Shown here in pieces: positions 31,925 to 35,258 of a DNA stretch of 35,258 nucleotides (positions are counted from its first letter, which is position 1; the number at the start of each line of letters is the position of its first letter). The stretch is from Octopus bimaculoides. Its lineage: Eukaryota. The position numbers and the translations under genes were made by a program. The stretch is from assembly GCF_001194135.2 (NCBI RefSeq), contig NC_068983.1, positions 3,950,498 to 3,985,755 on the forward strand, read 5' to 3'. Under the pieces are notes generated by a model that ran no database searches, was not told where the DNA came from, and worked only from the letters and a program-made list of their open reading frames with translations.

Positions 31925-32520
31925 CAGTCATATATGGGACACCATGGCCCACTCTAGCAAAGAGTTATTATTGTTGGAGACATATCCGGGTGGAGGAGGT
32001 TGGTCCGGGATTTATTGTAGAAATTTGTCTAGAGAACATTTTAATTTTATGGGATCCGTTTCCGTTTTGACGTATTTTGGTATGGTATTAAAAACAGCTG
32101 GACCGATTGAGGTAAAGTAGCTATGTCGTAATGTTGCTACGTGTCCTGAGTTCGATTTTTATAGTGGGCGGATAGCACGGGGGCCAAGTCTTGGGTGGAT
32201 TTTAAAATTGATGCCAACATCATTTGTGCAATATTGATGGAATATTTTCCACATCGCACAAATGATGTAACGCTCCCGACAACGTTGGAGAGAATAGAGA
32301 TTGAGAATTTTAGTCGACCCCAATAATCAATGCCTCTCATGCCGTCTATCTTTCTTGTTATGGACCTCTAGAGCACTTCCACTTTCATAATGAGTTGCTT
32401 CGTATGGGGGGACCACAGTGGGGTCGGGCAAAAGTAGAGTAGGGAAGGATGATGATGTTGGCATCTCTAGACCGGAAAGTTCTCAGAATCCAAGAGCACA
32501 TCTTGCGGGCAAATTCTTGA
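31925..32520 (-). mobile_element. CR1/L2-like LINE 3' remnant
   Basis: Frameshifted ARKMCSWILRTFRSRD...RPH..WSPHTK...IDGMRGIDYWGRLK.LNLYSLQRCRERYII...FNTIPK...SLDKFLQ*IPDQP..GY...NSLLEW, the usual C-terminal tail of CR1-type ORF2. Confidence 0.82.
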
Positions 32521-33514
32521 GTTATTTAAAAAAAAAAAAAGCTGCCTCTCGAGGATGTCTCATAAATTACCGAATGGCAGCTAGCATTGACTTCACATAA
32601 GGAGGGGAGATAATCTCCAGAATCGAGCATTCTCCAAAGTTGGCATGCCATTAAGGAAAAGGACAGGCTTATTGTCAGGAGGTAAGAGGACAGTCAGGGA
32701 TACATGTGCTTCTACCTCAATAAGTGTCATCAGCACGACAGTTGTCCAACCCTATCTCCAGTAGGAGACGCCATATATGTATGTCAGGTCACTTTTAGTG
32801 CTACTGGTAATATGTAACCAAGCACAGCCTGTCTCATGGCCAGGCCGTCGGCGTCTAAACATGCAGCCCTACCGAGTCTGCTTGGGAAAGAGGGCGGTTT
32901 TACTGGACATACTGCAAGGCGAAAAACAAAACCTGTAGATGGGTTGATGAGCTCAGTAGAGTCAAAGAGTATCCAACAGCTGGGAGTAAGAGGCCTCTAC
33001 TCTTTATCTACACATTTCTTTAGAAGGAAAATTCTGATGAGTATTTGATAAGTGTAATTGGGTTACTCCCATGTCCCCAACCAACTCTCTCTCGATATCA
33101 GTGACTTTGTTTGTACCTAATAATGGAGGTTACTTTTTCTATTTTGGCAAATGCATGTATTGTTTAGCGAGTGGGACTGCCAGAGGTGCCCAACATTGCT
33201 ATACCTGTGCAAAGGAGTGTAGCTCTTTTGCAAGACTGAAAAACCACGTCCACACCGGAAGAGAACAATCACACGATAACATAACTCGAAACCGTGATGC
33301 AGCCATCATATGGTGGCATTTTATCCGACGCTCTTCCAATTCCGACATTATCAACCATCTTAGTGGCAGTAATCAATAGAAACTGTAGAAATCCCACAAT
33401 TTATGAATTTTCGATTAAAAAAAAAGCAACAAAAAGCTTTAAAGATATCCGCATTTACACATTTAAATATTCAAAAATCACACAAGAATAACAGAGTCAT
33501 TTCCACCTGCTTTC

Positions 33515-33938
33515 TTATTTTGGCACGAGGCCAGTATTTGTAGGGGAAGGGGACAGTCGATTACATTGAGCCGCAGTACTCAGCTGATATTTATTTTATC
33601 GATCCTGTAAGGACGGACGGCAAAATCAATCTGGGCAGAATTTGAACTCAGAGCGTAAAGAGCCGGAAGAAATACCGCAAAGTGTTTTGTCCGACTCGCT
33701 AACCATCCTGCTTGATCTCCGCCTTAATAATCCTTTCTACTGTAGGTACGAGGCCTGAAATTTTGTGGGGAGGGGGTAAGTCGACCCTGGTACTCGACTG
33801 CTACTTAATTTATCGACCCCGAAAGGATGAAAGGCAAAGTCGACCTCGGCGGAATTTGAACTCAGAACGTAAGGACGGACGAAATACTGCTGAGCACTTT
33901 TGTCCGGCATGCTAACGATTCTGCCAGCTCGCCGCCTT
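33515..33938 (-). mobile_element. SINE family B tandem dimer (33515-33725 and 33731-33938)
   Basis: Two head-to-tail copies joined by TTAATAAT; degenerate (TAA/GAT)n beyond. Confidence 0.87.
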
Positions 33939-34159
33939 AATAACAATAACGATGATGACGATAATAATGATGACGATGATGATGGTGATTTCTTTTATTG
34001 GTTATGAGGACCCAAGACACAGAGGACTACATCAAAAGACGAAATACACGACGCGAAAAGGTGTGTGTGTGTGTGTGCGCGCGGGTTTACATCGAAAGGA
34101 AAAAAACAACAACATAAAAATAGAATTTGGAAAAACAAAAAGAAAAAGCTTCTGCCGCT

Positions 34160-34269
34160 NNNNNNNNNNNNNNNNNNNNNNNNNNNNNNNNNNNNNNNNN
34201 NNNNNNNNNNNNNNNNNNNNNNNNNNNNNNNNNNNNNNNNNNNNNNNNNNNNNNNNNNNNNNNNNNNNN
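34160..34269. other. Assembly gap
   Basis: Run of N. Confidence 1.
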
Positions 34270-34739
34270 AATTCACTTTGGGTAATTCGGGGAAACCCGA
34301 CACAAAAAGTCGCGCCTTACTCTGCCCTCTTCAAGGCATTGAAATAATAGTAATAATACGACTGAAGAAGGAAAGCTCAGACTTCAAGACTTCTTTCTAG
34401 ACAGGAAGTAGAGTGGTGGGTTGTGGCATTCATGACTAAACGTTGCTGACACAATACAATATTGGCAGAGAAATTCCACCAAATTTAGAACGGACGAAAA
34501 CATCAGGTTTACAGACGCCAACTCAATTACAAACCAAAGATTGCTGACAAGCAGCGCAAAAACATATACAACACACACACATACACACACCATCCTCCAT
34601 ACACATATGTACAAACTTCCACACATGCACGCACACGCGCATACACACACGCACACACAAGCGCTCGCGAGGAAACATATGCAGCCATATTGAAAGAATG
34701 GAACATCCATTGCCAAACTTTATTGTATTTATATCCTGG

Positions 34740-34818
34740 TGCCTCTTTGTGTATATATCAGTGTGTGCATGCATGTGCACGTGTGTGTGTATGTGTGCGT
34801 GTGCGAGAGAGAGAGAGA

Positions 34819-34861
<43 letters not shown>

Positions 34862-34985
34862 TGTGTGTACTAAAAGCCTGTATAAAAGTTTGGTTGATTT
34901 ATCCTGTCACGCTTTATATCGTATAGAGAGAGGGGGAGAGAAAATAAAAGAAGACAAATAGATAGATACACAGATAGGTAGATAG

Positions 34986-35050
<65 letters not shown>
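34740..35050. repeat. Compound (TG)/(GA)/(GAAA) microsatellites
   Basis: Directly visible. Confidence 0.95.
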
Positions 35051-35194
35051 GTTAACGAGAGGTGGAAGATGAGAGCAGGTACTCGGCTTTGTGGCAGACA
35101 ATGTATAAAGCAACGCTTTACAAACACAGAGAGAAAACGAAGAAAATGATGGAAACACTGGAGGAGAACAAAAGAAGAGAGTAATAGTTTTCTT

Positions 35195-35258
35195 GTGAAT
35201 TGGTTTCGGAAACTGAAAGAAGCCCGTCGTATATATATATATATATATATATATATAA
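35195..35258 (+). mobile_element. SINE family A fragment running into (TA)n at the window edge
   Basis: GGAAACTGAAAGAAGCCCGTCG then (TA)n. Confidence 0.7.

Noticed and set aside
34311-34370. 41-nt segment with ttcttcag acceptor and GTAAGG donor on the minus strand
   Set aside because: Low-complexity Tyr-run translation with no P450 similarity; such sites are common by chance.
20472-35258. Search for P450 exon 1 (targeting peptide plus PGP motif)
   Set aside because: PGP-like hits at about 31145 and 32005 fall in a repeat and the CR1 remnant. The donor-like site at 26934-26939 has stops in the frames tested. Exon 1 is in a gap, outside the window, or missed.

Overview
AT-rich eukaryotic draft-scaffold sequence, dense in microsatellites and SINEs, with four N gaps. 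The repeat landscape looks like an octopus or other coleoid cephalopod genome (inferred from pattern recall, not verified). One host gene is supported: a multi-exon mitochondrial-clan (CYP27/CYP24-like) cytochrome P450 on the minus strand. Four complete exons (16341-16531, 16023-16223, 4160-4329, 3228-3391) and the 3' end of a fifth (19886-19923, the rest lost in an N gap) splice in frame at GT-AG junctions into 255 codons running from the B'/C-helix region to the K-helix ExxR. The ORF track misses three of these five exons. Exon numbers follow vertebrate CYP27A1/CYP11A1 by analogy; exon 1 and exons 7 onward were not found. The rest is intronic or upstream sequence filled with three to four SINE families, LINE remnants (R4/Dong-like, CR1-like), Tc1/mariner fossils (DD34D, DD34E, DD37D), a hAT MITE and simple repeats. 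I see no clearly new biological system. The best leads are the P450 itself, possible RNA-structure control of its splicing or editing, and site-specific retroposon stacking. SINE and LINE boundaries are approximate.
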